IMG/VR virus record: IMGVR_UViG_3300037193_001436 | Location: 32,001 to 96,000 of that record | Length of the DNA: 64,000 nt | Strand: one strand, 5' to 3' | From: a virus | In this document: positions 8,373 through 16,939 of the stretch, piece by piece | Layout of the letters: every line of letters begins with the position of its first letter | Position numbering within the stretch: the stretch's first letter is position 1 | Translations under genes and position numbers: made by a program | The notes under the pieces: generated by a model | Databases searched by the model: none | Seen by the model: only the letters and a program-made list of their open reading frames with translations | Told to the model about the DNA's origin: nothing

Positions 8373-8388
8373 GCCGCCATGCTCCCAG

Positions 8389-8438
8389 TCGATAGTGTTT
8401 CGAGTCAACTGGGACCAGTTGAATTAGAACGCTATCGA
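8389..8438. mobile_element. attP: attP site for the serine integrase
   Basis: 24-bp arms matching 19/24 as an inverted repeat around a central GA dinucleotide, just 5' of int. Confidence 0.8.
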
Positions 8439-8484
8439 GATTCCCAGGCTTGACCTGACGGACTGTTGTTGTACCGTACGCGCC

Positions 8485-8625
8485 ATGGACGAGGACAAGG
8501 CTGTCGACCTGCCGGAGCTGGATGCGCTCAGCAGGGAGTTCGTCGACAAGACGCGCGCAGTGCTTGAAGAGTACGAGGCGCACCACGCGCGGGAAATCGC
8601 TCGGTGCCGAGCCGGTGACAGATAG
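8485..8625 (+). CDS. 46-aa protein divergent from int, probably leaderless
   Basis: MDEDKAVDLPELDALSREFVDKTRAVLEEYEAHHAREIARCRAGDR; TTGACC..TACCGT promoter directly upstream. Confidence 0.6.
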   Translation: MDEDKAVDLPELDALSREFVDKTRAVLEEYEAHHAREIARCRAGDR

Positions 8626-8709
8626 CCACTAGTTGTTGTACCGTCATGCGCCTGTGAGGTGGAAGTGCGCCATCTCGGCACGCCGGACGGGGCGTGTGGC
8701 GCACAAAGG

Positions 8710-8743
8710 AAGGACCCCCCGGCGCGAGGGCTAGGGGGTCCTT
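8710..8743. terminator. probable bidirectional intrinsic terminator
   Basis: GAAGGACCCCC...GGGGGTCCTTC stem between convergent genes. Confidence 0.65.
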
Positions 8744-8849
8744 CTTCTCGTGAGGATCGGTCTCCGGGGTTGGTAGATCCCCGGACCACCGCAGGAGCGT
8801 GGCTTTCACCACCACGCGTCCGCCAGGCTCCACCGCCTCACGCGGGTCT

Positions 8850-9074
8850 TCAGTTGTCGGCCGCAGCCCGCTCTTGCTCCTTGCGGCGATAGATGCGCTC
8901 TACCCAGCCCGGGTACAGCGTCTCCAACGCCGCGTGCAGGTCCTGGATTCGGCTGCGGGGCACGGTGACAGTGTAGGTGTCGCCGTTCTTGAGGTTCCGT
9001 TCGGACAGCGCGGTGACGACCCGGACGGCGGCGACCTCCAACTCCTCCTGGGGCGTGCGCTCCTTCTCAGCCAC
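8850..9074 (-). CDS. hypothetical protein
   Basis: GGAGG RBS, GTG start. Confidence 0.65.
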   Translation of the reverse strand: MAEKERTPQEELEVAAVRVVTALSERNLKNGDTYTVTVPRSRIQDLHAALETLYPGWVERIYRRKEQERAAADN

Positions 9075-9555
9075 GGTCGGCCTCCGGCGGGTTCGGCGCG
9101 GCCACGGCACCGCTGTCGGTGTGCGCCCAGGTCATACCCTGCCCGCCCTGGACCCGCTTGATGCGCTGGCCGCAGTACTTGCAGTGCTGCTCGTCGGCGG
9201 CGGGGACGGCCACATGTACCGGCAGGTGGTTGCCGGTCCAGTGCTCGACCCAGCTCCGCAGCGCCATCAGCTCCAGGGCCGCCTGCTTGATGTCGGAATC
9301 CGGGCCTTGCGGGTCCAGATTGCTCAGCTCCCGGTCGATGTCCCGAAGAAGGTCGTCGGTCTGAAACGCAAACCCGTGGCTGAGCCGCGAGAAGTTCTGG
9401 CCGTCGGTGCCGGGGCTGTGCCACCAGGACGCGATGGTCTTGGCAGCCAGGTCAGAGATGACCCTGTTCTCGTCGTCGGCGTCGGAGATCTCTGCGTGGA
9501 CGTCTTCCGAGTCCAGCAGTTCGCCGACATCGCGGATCAGTACGTAGTAGCTCAT
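9067..9555 (-). CDS. hypothetical protein with C-terminal CxxC..WxH zinc finger
   Basis: GAGGAG RBS; promoter at 9586-9615. Confidence 0.7.
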   Translation of the reverse strand: MSYYVLIRDVGELLDSEDVHAEISDADDENRVISDLAAKTIASWWHSPGTDGQNFSRLSHGFAFQTDDLLRDIDRELSNLDPQGPDSDIKQAALELMALRSWVEHWTGNHLPVHVAVPAADEQHCKYCGQRIKRVQGGQGMTWAHTDSGAVAAPNPPEADRG

Positions 9556-9585
9556 GGTGTGACTCCTCTGCGTGGTGGTCCCACC

Positions 9586-9615
9586 ATTGTCAGCGGCCTG
9601 CCAGGGATGTGTCAA
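9586..9615 (-). promoter_or_regulatory. SigA-type promoter TTGACA-N18-GACAAT
   Basis: Direct motif match. Confidence 0.75.
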
Positions 9616-9620
9616 CTTGG

Positions 9621-9941
9621 CTAGCGGGTCAGTTCGCGGGCGAGCTGGCGCATCTCGGCCTCGACGTTGACGGCGTATCCCTGCTCGTGCTGGGCCAGAG
9701 CCTGGTCGACCAGGACTTCGAGCCGTTCGTAGACCTGCTGCTCCTGGGGACTTTGTCCGTGGCAGGGACAAATGCACGGGGCCGCACACCACTTGCAGGT
9801 CCCGGGGACTTTCTCCTCCCCCTGCAGATTGGTCCTGCACTGGCAGTGCTGGTGGTTCTCGTGCAGGCAGGCGGTGGACAGGTAGACGTGCGGAGCGCTG
9901 TACCCGGGCCCCGGGGCCTGGGTGTAGTTAGTACTGCTCAT
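9621..9941 (-). CDS. Cys/His-rich metal-binding protein
   Basis: CLHENHQHCQC...CKWCAAPCICPCH; ATGA overlap. Confidence 0.7.
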   Translation of the reverse strand: MSSTNYTQAPGPGYSAPHVYLSTACLHENHQHCQCRTNLQGEEKVPGTCKWCAAPCICPCHGQSPQEQQVYERLEVLVDQALAQHEQGYAVNVEAEMRQLARELTR

Positions 9942-11449
9942 CGCTCGACGACCTCGGCGTCGGGGTAGTACTGCTCGATCGCGCGGTCGGCCGGAACGGG
10001 CTCAGGAAGCGCTCTGGCGCGTTCTGAGGCCTCGTCACCGAACAGACGGGCCAGCATGCCGGGGCCGCCGCCGGAGCCCTTAGCGTCGATCCTGAGACTG
10101 AAGGTCCCCTCCTCCAGCTCGAACTTCTGCTTGATCATCTTGTTCAGCCGGTCGATCTCGCCGGACAGGTTGGGGTCGCTGTAGCCGCCCTCGGCTTCCT
10201 CGGCGAATCGCATGAATAGCACGCGTTGCGTCTGCATCTCGATCAGCGCGTCCTGCAGCGACTTGAACTGGTCACGGGTCTTGATCTGGATCGGGATGTC
10301 GTACTTGCAGGCGCTGCCCGGCTCGAAGCTCGGGCACTTGTTGGCCAGGAAGCAGGAGTCGCAGACCCGGGTCGACTCGCTGCGGATCCCGATGACCGAG
10401 ACCTCGACGTCCTCCTCGGTCCCGTCCTCGTTCTGGACCTTCGAGGTGCGCTTGCCGAGTCCCATGACCGGGATCGGGACTTTGTCCCGTTGGACAGGAG
10501 TTGATGCACGGTGCGCCGTTTCAGGACCAGGACTATCAACTACTGGAAGTCCCGATGCATCGAATGGGTCCGTGTCCTCATCCTGGGGTGTAGTGACTAC
10601 TTTGTCCTGTTCGGGAGCTGAGGGCTCGCCATGGTGCCGGTTGATGTGGTCCTCCAGTTGCCGCCAGGACCAAAGGCTGAGCCGCAGCACTTCGGTCGCG
10701 TCGCCGTCCTCGACCTTCTGCGGGTCCAGCCCGATCCGCTCGAACAGGGTGCGATGGCGCTTGCGGGCCTGCTCCTTGTAGGCCTTCGGGTACCGCTTCA
10801 GCTCGTTGTTGGCCCACACGATCGTGTCGCCGTACCGCTGGGGTGAGATCCAGCTCGTGGAGGCCACCGAGTCCCACTGGACGGTCTGCATCTCCTCGAC
10901 CTTGGTCATCGCCACGCCATGGAGCTTGACACCGTAGCGGGAGACCAGGGAGTTGAGCAGCGGGACCAGGTTCCGGCCGCCGAGCGCGGTCTGCGGGACC
11001 CCGATGCGCTTGTAGGTCCTGGCCATCTCCTGCAGGACCTCGATCCCCCAGTCGGGGTGCCAGATGACCAGCAGTTTGTCCGGGCCGAGCATGTCCAGCC
11101 ACCAGTCGCGCTCGTTCTCGATCCAATTTCTCCCGAGCGGGAGGGCGTCGAACTCCGAAGCGAACTCGATCCGGTCCAGGTTGGAGTCGACGAACGCGCG
11201 GTAGGACAAATACATGTCCTTCAGCTCCCGCTGGCTGTAGGCGTCCTCGTCCTTGGTGTTAACCGTGTAGGCCCCGGAGTCGACGAAGATCCTGGCGTCG
11301 TCGTGGAACTTGTCGGCCAGCAGCCAGGGGCGGGAGAATTTCACCCGGCGGCGCAGGCCGACGAAGGACAACGCGACGTGCGGGGCCTGGGACTCGGTCA
11401 GGATCTTGCGGTGCGAGGGGACCTCTCCCCCGGCCAGGTACAGCCTCAC
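9938..11449 (-). CDS. queuine tRNA-ribosyltransferase/DpdA-like TIM-barrel protein fused to a Cys-cluster C-terminal domain
   Basis: IFVDSGAYT motif, KLHGVA, DSVASTSW; C-terminal CDSCFLANKC...C. Confidence 0.65.
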   Translation of the reverse strand: MRLYLAGGEVPSHRKILTESQAPHVALSFVGLRRRVKFSRPWLLADKFHDDARIFVDSGAYTVNTKDEDAYSQRELKDMYLSYRAFVDSNLDRIEFASEFDALPLGRNWIENERDWWLDMLGPDKLLVIWHPDWGIEVLQEMARTYKRIGVPQTALGGRNLVPLLNSLVSRYGVKLHGVAMTKVEEMQTVQWDSVASTSWISPQRYGDTIVWANNELKRYPKAYKEQARKRHRTLFERIGLDPQKVEDGDATEVLRLSLWSWRQLEDHINRHHGEPSAPEQDKVVTTPQDEDTDPFDASGLPVVDSPGPETAHRASTPVQRDKVPIPVMGLGKRTSKVQNEDGTEEDVEVSVIGIRSESTRVCDSCFLANKCPSFEPGSACKYDIPIQIKTRDQFKSLQDALIEMQTQRVLFMRFAEEAEGGYSDPNLSGEIDRLNKMIKQKFELEEGTFSLRIDAKGSGGGPGMLARLFGDEASERARALPEPVPADRAIEQYYPDAEVVER

Positions 11450-11832
11450 GGAACCATCCCCGGCGGGCTCATCCGCTGGCTGTAGGTGCGCTTGGTGAAC
11501 TTGGCCGGAGAGGGCATGGTCGGGGTTGACGTGTTGGTGGCCGGGATCGGGCCGACCGGGCCGGGGATGGACGGCCGGTAGTAATCCGACCAGCGCCGGA
11601 CGCCCTCGCCGAGCTTCTGCATGCCCTCCATGGCGGCCTGGCGGGTGTCCAGGGCCCGCAGGCCAGGGTTGCGCATGTAGGTGTAGGGGTCGGTGTGACC
11701 GTAGCGGTGGGCCAGGGCGAATGAGTGAGCCGCTGCGAACAGCGGGTGCGTCCCGGCGGCGTTGAAGCCGGTGACGCCGATTTCGGCCGTGCCCTGCAGC
11801 CGGGAGAAGTCGGCGTTGATGTCGCTGCTCAT
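11446..11832 (-). CDS. hypothetical protein
   Basis: Coupled to neighbours on both sides. Confidence 0.6.
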   Translation of the reverse strand: MSSDINADFSRLQGTAEIGVTGFNAAGTHPLFAAAHSFALAHRYGHTDPYTYMRNPGLRALDTRQAAMEGMQKLGEGVRRWSDYYRPSIPGPVGPIPATNTSTPTMPSPAKFTKRTYSQRMSPPGMVP

Positions 11833-12329
11833 AGGGTTTCCCTTTCCATCGAGTCCTCCTCGGCCCGCAGGGTGTTCTGCCGGTCGGTCTCGGCGACCAG
11901 GTCGTCCCAGCGGCGTGGCGATCCGTTGTAGTCCGGCCGCCAACTCGGCACCGAGTACTGCGGGTGCAGGTAGAGCAGGGTGGGGACGCCTTCGGCCAGC
12001 AGCGCGGCGGCGATCTTGGGATCGGGCTCGATGACCAGGGAGATCGGTCCGTTGCGCCGCATCCGGAAGATCTGCGCCAGCCGCCGGTCGGCGATGGAAC
12101 CGCCGTCGGACAGCACCGAGACGTCGATGCCGACGTGGCCGGTGATCCGGTGGATCTTGAGGAAGTGCTCGATGGCGACCTGGTCGCGCACGAAGCCGTC
12201 GGCCAGGAAGGTGACGCGGCCGAACTGCTTCAGGCCCTCGAACAGCATCAGGCCGTTGGGGTTGGGCACGCTCTGGTCGGTGATCCGGCGGATGACGCCG
12301 TCCAGGGTGATCCCGATCTGACCGGTCAC
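11829..12329 (-). CDS. HAD-superfamily-like protein, degenerate motif I
   Basis: GITLDGVIR motif I variant; LVIEPDP motif IV-like. Confidence 0.55.
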   Translation of the reverse strand: MTGQIGITLDGVIRRITDQSVPNPNGLMLFEGLKQFGRVTFLADGFVRDQVAIEHFLKIHRITGHVGIDVSVLSDGGSIADRRLAQIFRMRRNGPISLVIEPDPKIAAALLAEGVPTLLYLHPQYSVPSWRPDYNGSPRRWDDLVAETDRQNTLRAEEDSMERETL

Positions 12330-13324
12330 TGCGGATACCTCCGGGCGTACAGGGCTGCGGCCCGCAGGGTCTCCTGCGCGTTCGTCAGGGGCTGGCCGTA
12401 GGTGTCGGTTTCGTAGTCGGTGCGGCCGGTGTGCCGGGCGCTCCAGACCTCGTGAAGGGCCTGGGCGGTGCCGAACTGCTTGTGGGCCTGCCAGCGGAAG
12501 TTGGCGAAGTCGCCGTACCCCTCGCCCTGTTCGCCGAAGGCACTGCGTCGGCCGAGGTGGATGTCGTCGTACAGTGCGCCGATTTGGTCTGCGACGACCT
12601 GCAGGTTGCGGCTGTTGGTCGACCAGGCGGGCGTGCCGGGGACCGACGTACGGATCGCGCCCTGGACATGGTTGTAGCGCTGGATCAGCGAATCGGCCAG
12701 CCGTCGCTCGTCCTCGACGTAGTCCCACCATCCCTTGGGATAAAGGGTTTTCGGGTCCTCGGGCAGGATCGGGGGCTTCACGGTCCAGGTGTCCGAGGTG
12801 AGGTTGTAGGCGGCGTACGGGTGGATGTCCCGGATGTCGCTGCCAGTGGCGTTGACGTAGAAGGTGACCTCGAACGGCCCCGAGAATCCCCCGGCGCTGA
12901 AGATCTGGTGGGCGGTCTTGGGCCACAGGTCGCGGTGCAGCTCCTGGTTGATCTGGTCGGCGGCTTCGGCGTCGCTCAACCCACGCATGTCGGGGTTGTG
13001 GAGGAAGAACAGCGGCCAGTTGACACCGATCAGCACATCAAGGTCGCCGTTGCCTCGATCGGCGGCCCACTGATGGGAGATCCCTGACCCGGCGATCCAG
13101 ACAGTGGACCAGCTCGACGGCCGGATGTACCTCTCGTCCCAGTAGGCATACAGGGTCCGCACGATCCAACGGCGAACCTCGGGCCGGATCCGGTCGCCGT
13201 CGAACAGCCGAGGATCGAGGGAGTTGGAGGGCCGGGAGAAGTAGCCGGACTGTCCCTCGTGAATACCAACTGGCCCGGCCGCTGCGGCTCGGGCCAGGTA
13301 GTAGTTCAGGCCGGGGACACCCAT
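12326..13324 (-). CDS. Pol-beta superfamily nucleotidyltransferase
   Basis: AGSGISHQW...GDLDVLIGV plus third acid in EVTFYV. Confidence 0.8.
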   Translation of the reverse strand: MGVPGLNYYLARAAAAGPVGIHEGQSGYFSRPSNSLDPRLFDGDRIRPEVRRWIVRTLYAYWDERYIRPSSWSTVWIAGSGISHQWAADRGNGDLDVLIGVNWPLFFLHNPDMRGLSDAEAADQINQELHRDLWPKTAHQIFSAGGFSGPFEVTFYVNATGSDIRDIHPYAAYNLTSDTWTVKPPILPEDPKTLYPKGWWDYVEDERRLADSLIQRYNHVQGAIRTSVPGTPAWSTNSRNLQVVADQIGALYDDIHLGRRSAFGEQGEGYGDFANFRWQAHKQFGTAQALHEVWSARHTGRTDYETDTYGQPLTNAQETLRAAALYARRYPQ

Positions 13325-13407
13325 ACCTTCAGGTTAGTTGCGCAGGCACCCGAACTTGGAGCGAGCGAAGTTGTTGTACGCAAGCTTTCTATATGCGCCT
13401 TCGCCGG

Positions 13408-13644
13408 TTACCCCCCAAGTCGGCGCGAAGTTCCTGCAATCGTGACCTTGGTGACCGGGAGGCCGACCTCGTCGATCTCGACGGTGACCGCCTGCAGGCC
13501 GGGGAAGCGGTGGTTCGGGTAGTGCCGCGCGTCGTTCCAACCTGCCTGGTAGGCGGCCTGGGTCAGGTACTCGATCCAGGCCTTCATCTGACCTGACCAG
13601 GACAAGGGGAACGGCGGCGGGATCTCCTCAGGCGGCTTGCTCAT
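13408..13644 (-). CDS. hypothetical protein
   Basis: ATGA overlap. Confidence 0.6.
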   Translation of the reverse strand: MSKPPEEIPPPFPLSWSGQMKAWIEYLTQAAYQAGWNDARHYPNHRFPGLQAVTVEIDEVGLPVTKVTIAGTSRRLGG

Positions 13645-13970
13645 TTCAGGTTGAGGCGTGCGCGCAGCGCCTGCTCCTGGGCGTGCTGCTGCAACGCCGA
13701 GCCCATCTGAAGCAGACCGTTCGACACCAGGCCTGCGGTCTGCTGGATCTGGATGTCCTTGATGATGAGCTGGCAGGCCGACCAGATCTCGTCGTGGCTG
13801 GCCATGTGGTCAGGCACGATGTTCTCGCCGACGTCGGTGGAGACCTGAATGTTGCCGTTGGCATCGACCAGGACCAGGAACGCGGTCCGGACCTCCTGCT
13901 GCTGCGGGGCCTCGGGCTCGGGCGGCGTGCTGCCGTTCTTCAGCTTGGACAGGTCGGGGATCTCAGGCAT
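13641..13970 (-). CDS. hypothetical protein
   Basis: GGAGG RBS, operon packing. Confidence 0.7.
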   Translation of the reverse strand: MPEIPDLSKLKNGSTPPEPEAPQQQEVRTAFLVLVDANGNIQVSTDVGENIVPDHMASHDEIWSACQLIIKDIQIQQTAGLVSNGLLQMGSALQQHAQEQALRARLNLK

Positions 13971-14250
13971 CGTCGGCCTCCACGGGTTGTGCTTCGACGT
14001 ACACGGGGTTGGTCTCGGTCATGTTGGCGGGGATGACCACAACCGCCTCCGGCTCCAGGGGCAGGAACGCTCCACGCGGAGCGTGCACCGTCATCTTGAC
14101 CGTGACGCTGCCACCGACAGGCCGGGCTGGTTTGTTCTGGCTGTGCCGCACGACCTTCGCGCCGACGAGCTTGCCGTTGTACTCGTTCCACAGTGGCTCC
14201 AACTGCAGGTACACGGTCGCCGGGACGTGGGTCTCATTCAGATCAGCCAT
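13963..14250 (-). CDS. hypothetical protein
   Basis: TGATG coupling. Confidence 0.7.
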   Translation of the reverse strand: MADLNETHVPATVYLQLEPLWNEYNGKLVGAKVVRHSQNKPARPVGGSVTVKMTVHAPRGAFLPLEPEAVVVIPANMTETNPVYVEAQPVEADDA

Positions 14251-14759
14251 CAGAGATCACCCCGTTTCATGGCGTCGTTGTAGGCCTTCTGCTCCACCAG
14301 GGAGTGCACCGGGCAGAACTCGCACAGGTACCGGTCGTCCTTGGTGTGGTACGCGGGCATCCCGGCTTCCTTGCGGGCCTGTGCGGTGCCGGGCGTGAGT
14401 CGCTTGGAGTCCGACTTGTAGTCGCTGCAGTCGGGGTTGCGGAGATGTTGCCGCCAGCAACTCATCGCGTCTTCGCGGAAGGTGTCGCGAGTGTTGTAGA
14501 AGTCGCTGCCAAGCCCGGTCTCTCCGCCGAACTCGTTGACCAGCTTCTTGGAGATCTCCTTCTGCACGCGGGGATCGTTCCAGTCGGCAGCGTCGACCCG
14601 TGCGAGCATCCCGATGTGCTCTTCGCCGTTGGTCCGGTGCGGCTTGACCAGGTAGTTGAGCAGGACGTCGTGCTCGGGGTCACCGGAGTAGTCGGGCAGC
14701 GGTTCGATGGTCTTGCAGTCCCTGCAGACCAGGAGGCGGATTTGCTCGGGTTCAGTCAC
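14250..14759 (-). CDS. zinc-binding hypothetical protein
   Basis: CRDC, CWRQH..C and CEFCPVH motifs. Confidence 0.7.
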   Translation of the reverse strand: MTEPEQIRLLVCRDCKTIEPLPDYSGDPEHDVLLNYLVKPHRTNGEEHIGMLARVDAADWNDPRVQKEISKKLVNEFGGETGLGSDFYNTRDTFREDAMSCWRQHLRNPDCSDYKSDSKRLTPGTAQARKEAGMPAYHTKDDRYLCEFCPVHSLVEQKAYNDAMKRGDL

Positions 14760-14988
14760 GCGGATCAGTCTTCCGGCCCGGCCCGGGGCATTCTACTGTC
14801 GCGAGTTGTTACTTTGCCGACGTGCCAGGTGATGCAGCGCCTGCAGAGGTAGACATCCATGCCGGTCTGGTACTCGCCGGTGCGCAGCAACCACAGCAGC
14901 CGCCCCAAGGCTGCGGCCTTGGTGGGGAGCTGCAGCTCGTCGCATCCGTCATCGTCGACGTCGGCCCCCTACCAGCGCCGCGCAGTTG

Positions 14989-15786
14989 CTACTTCGAGTC
15001 CTGCAACCCCGAAGAGCCAGGAGCGGCGGCGAGCGTCGCCACGTTGTCGTCCAGGGTCTTCATCAGTTCCTGGGTCTTCTGGATCTGCTGGGTGTCACCC
15101 TCGATCCGGTCGAGCTGCTGCTTCATGTCCCGGATCACCTTGATCAATGCGGTGCCGGTGCCGGTGGGAGCCACCCAGAAACGCTTGGCGTACTCCTCCT
15201 CCTCGGCCTGGTAGATGCGGCGAAGTTCCGCTTCGGTCCAATCCGCCATGTTGCCCTCCGCTGAGCCGCCGGTCGGCGGCTTGGTGAGTGAAGCCAGTAG
15301 TGCCCGTGCGCGCTTGAGGTCGGCGGCGACGTCCTGCGGTCGGCCGACGTACTCGAAGTGCATGGCGTCGGGGCGGTTCTCGTACCGGCCGCCCCAGTAG
15401 AAGTGGCACGACTCCCAGGCGTGGACGACCTTCGGCGGAAGGTCGGTGATGAGCTTCGAGCCCATCGGGTTGTCCTCAGAGTTAACGTCGACCGCCAGGC
15501 CCCAGGAGTGGTTGCTCGCCGTCTTGGTTCCCCGGATCGGCCGGTTGGCGAAGCCCCAGCAGGCACCGACCTTCAGTCGGTAGCCCATCAGCACCGTCGC
15601 CGCGAGCAGGGTTTGGACCAGCGGAGCGATCTCTCGCCGGACGCGGACCTTCACCCCGCCCCCGGAGACCGTCAGCATCTTGGACTCCTGGGCGTTTGGC
15701 CACCCAGGGCCCCAGCCTCTCGCGGCAGCATTGTTGCGGGAGGCACCGGCCAGCGGATTCGGCCCGTATGCTGCGCGCGATGCCAT
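14989..15786 (-). CDS. endolysin, M15 (L-Ala-D-Glu peptidase-type) domain
   Basis: R..SNHSWGLAVDVN...WGG...DAMHFE. Confidence 0.85.
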   Translation of the reverse strand: MASRAAYGPNPLAGASRNNAAARGWGPGWPNAQESKMLTVSGGGVKVRVRREIAPLVQTLLAATVLMGYRLKVGACWGFANRPIRGTKTASNHSWGLAVDVNSEDNPMGSKLITDLPPKVVHAWESCHFYWGGRYENRPDAMHFEYVGRPQDVAADLKRARALLASLTKPPTGGSAEGNMADWTEAELRRIYQAEEEEYAKRFWVAPTGTGTALIKVIRDMKQQLDRIEGDTQQIQKTQELMKTLDDNVATLAAAPGSSGLQDSK

Positions 15787-15788
15787 GA

Positions 15789-15956
15789 CTAGTGGTCGAC
15801 CTCCCCCGGGTCGACGTCGGCCCGGTCCTCCACGCCGACACCGGGCTGGGTGTCGACCGGCTGCACCTCTTCGTTCTCCTGGACGGCCTGCGCGGCCTCC
15901 TCTTCGGTCACACCGACCGGCTCGTTCGGGCCGGGTTCATTCGGGGTCGTGGTCAC
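15789..15956 (-). CDS. 55-aa acidic protein
   Basis: Hand translation MTTTPNEPGPNEPVGVTEEEAAQAVQENEE...; GTGA overlap with upstream gene. Confidence 0.6.
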   Translation of the reverse strand: MTTTPNEPGPNEPVGVTEEEAAQAVQENEEVQPVDTQPGVGVEDRADVDPGEVDH

Positions 15957-16198
15957 AGTGGTACCGCCAATCCAGGGGTGGGGGTGGGGACGAAGTTCGG
16001 GGTGGGAGCGGCGATGCCGTCCGGCGAGATCTTCACGCGCTTCTCGTGGATGCCGTACCAGGGGTCGAGCAGGTCGGCGCGGTCAGCCCAGGTGGCACCT
16101 TCGACGATGCCGCCACGGTTGTTGATGACCTTCTTGTACTTGCCGTCCGTCGCACCCTCGTGCAGGTCGGCATTCATCGATCGGCTGTACGGGTACAT
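15953..16198 (-). CDS. hypothetical protein
   Basis: GGAGGAG RBS. Confidence 0.7.
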   Translation of the reverse strand: MYPYSRSMNADLHEGATDGKYKKVINNRGGIVEGATWADRADLLDPWYGIHEKRVKISPDGIAAPTPNFVPTPTPGLAVPL

Positions 16199-16243
16199 GC
16201 AACTCCTCCAGGAACTCGTTTCCAGGTTCCCATCTCGGAACGA

Positions 16244-16399
16244 CTACTTGATAGCGCGCTTCGCTTTGCCGTTTGGCCTGCGGCGGTCGTTGAACAAGTC
16301 GGCAGCGCGCTGGCCCGCGCCGTTGTTGTCGTCGTCATCGGGGGTCTCGACGCGGCGGATGCGCTTGTTGCGGCGGCGGTCGGTTGCTTTCAGTGGCAT
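16244..16399 (-). CDS. 51-aa basic protein
   Basis: Hand translation MPLKATDRRRNKRIRRVETPDDDD...; fills the gap. Confidence 0.5.
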   Translation of the reverse strand: MPLKATDRRRNKRIRRVETPDDDDNNGAGQRAADLFNDRRRPNGKAKRAIK

Positions 16400-16405
16400 G
16401 GGGAA

Positions 16406-16726
16406 TCACCAGACATTCAGTGCGGGGGTGGACGTGCCTTCCATGCCGGACTTGTTCTGCGCGAAGTCCGTGCGCTGGTAGATCCGGTCGACGTTGACGA
16501 CGTCCTCGATCCCCAGCTCCTCGGTGCGGTAGCCGTACCGGGGCGGGAAGAGCTGGACCGGGACCGGCGGCCGGATGAGCCGGAGCTGGTCGGCGGTCAG
16601 GGACATGGCCGACTCCAGCGCCAGTCCGGTGAGGTACTGCTCATGGGTCTGGTTCGGCCGCTGGATCTGGACCGGCGGCGAGCCCCAGGGACGGCGGCCG
16701 TAGACGGTGTCGGCAGTGCTAGTCAT
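16406..16726 (-). CDS. hypothetical protein
   Basis: Codon usage, operon orientation. Confidence 0.65.
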   Translation of the reverse strand: MTSTADTVYGRRPWGSPPVQIQRPNQTHEQYLTGLALESAMSLTADQLRLIRPPVPVQLFPPRYGYRTEELGIEDVVNVDRIYQRTDFAQNKSGMEGTSTPALNVW

Positions 16727-16762
16727 GTTGACACATCGCTGTCAGGCCGGGACGATGGAGGC

Positions 16763-16939
16763 ATGACCGAGAGCCCTGGCACGACGCCTCCTGAGCCCCA
16801 CGACGGGATGACGCTGGAGGAGTACATCGCCGCGTACCCGGAGTACGAGGAGTACGGCCGGGCCGTGTTCGCTTCCCTCGCCGAGCCGGACGAGGAGGGC
16901 TGGGACGACATCTCGACCTCCTCAGATGTCGAAGACTGA
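16763..16939 (+). CDS. 58-aa highly acidic protein, counter-oriented
   Basis: MTESPGTTPPEPHDGMTLEEYIAAYPEYEEYGRAVFASLAEPDEEGWDDISTSSDVED; TTGACA..GACGAT promoter just upstream. Confidence 0.65.
   Translation: MTESPGTTPPEPHDGMTLEEYIAAYPEYEEYGRAVFASLAEPDEEGWDDISTSSDVED

Noticed and set aside
8640-8845. Multi-hairpin region as an ncRNA
   Set aside because: Adequately explained by a bidirectional terminator plus GC-rich hairpins; no recognisable conserved motif
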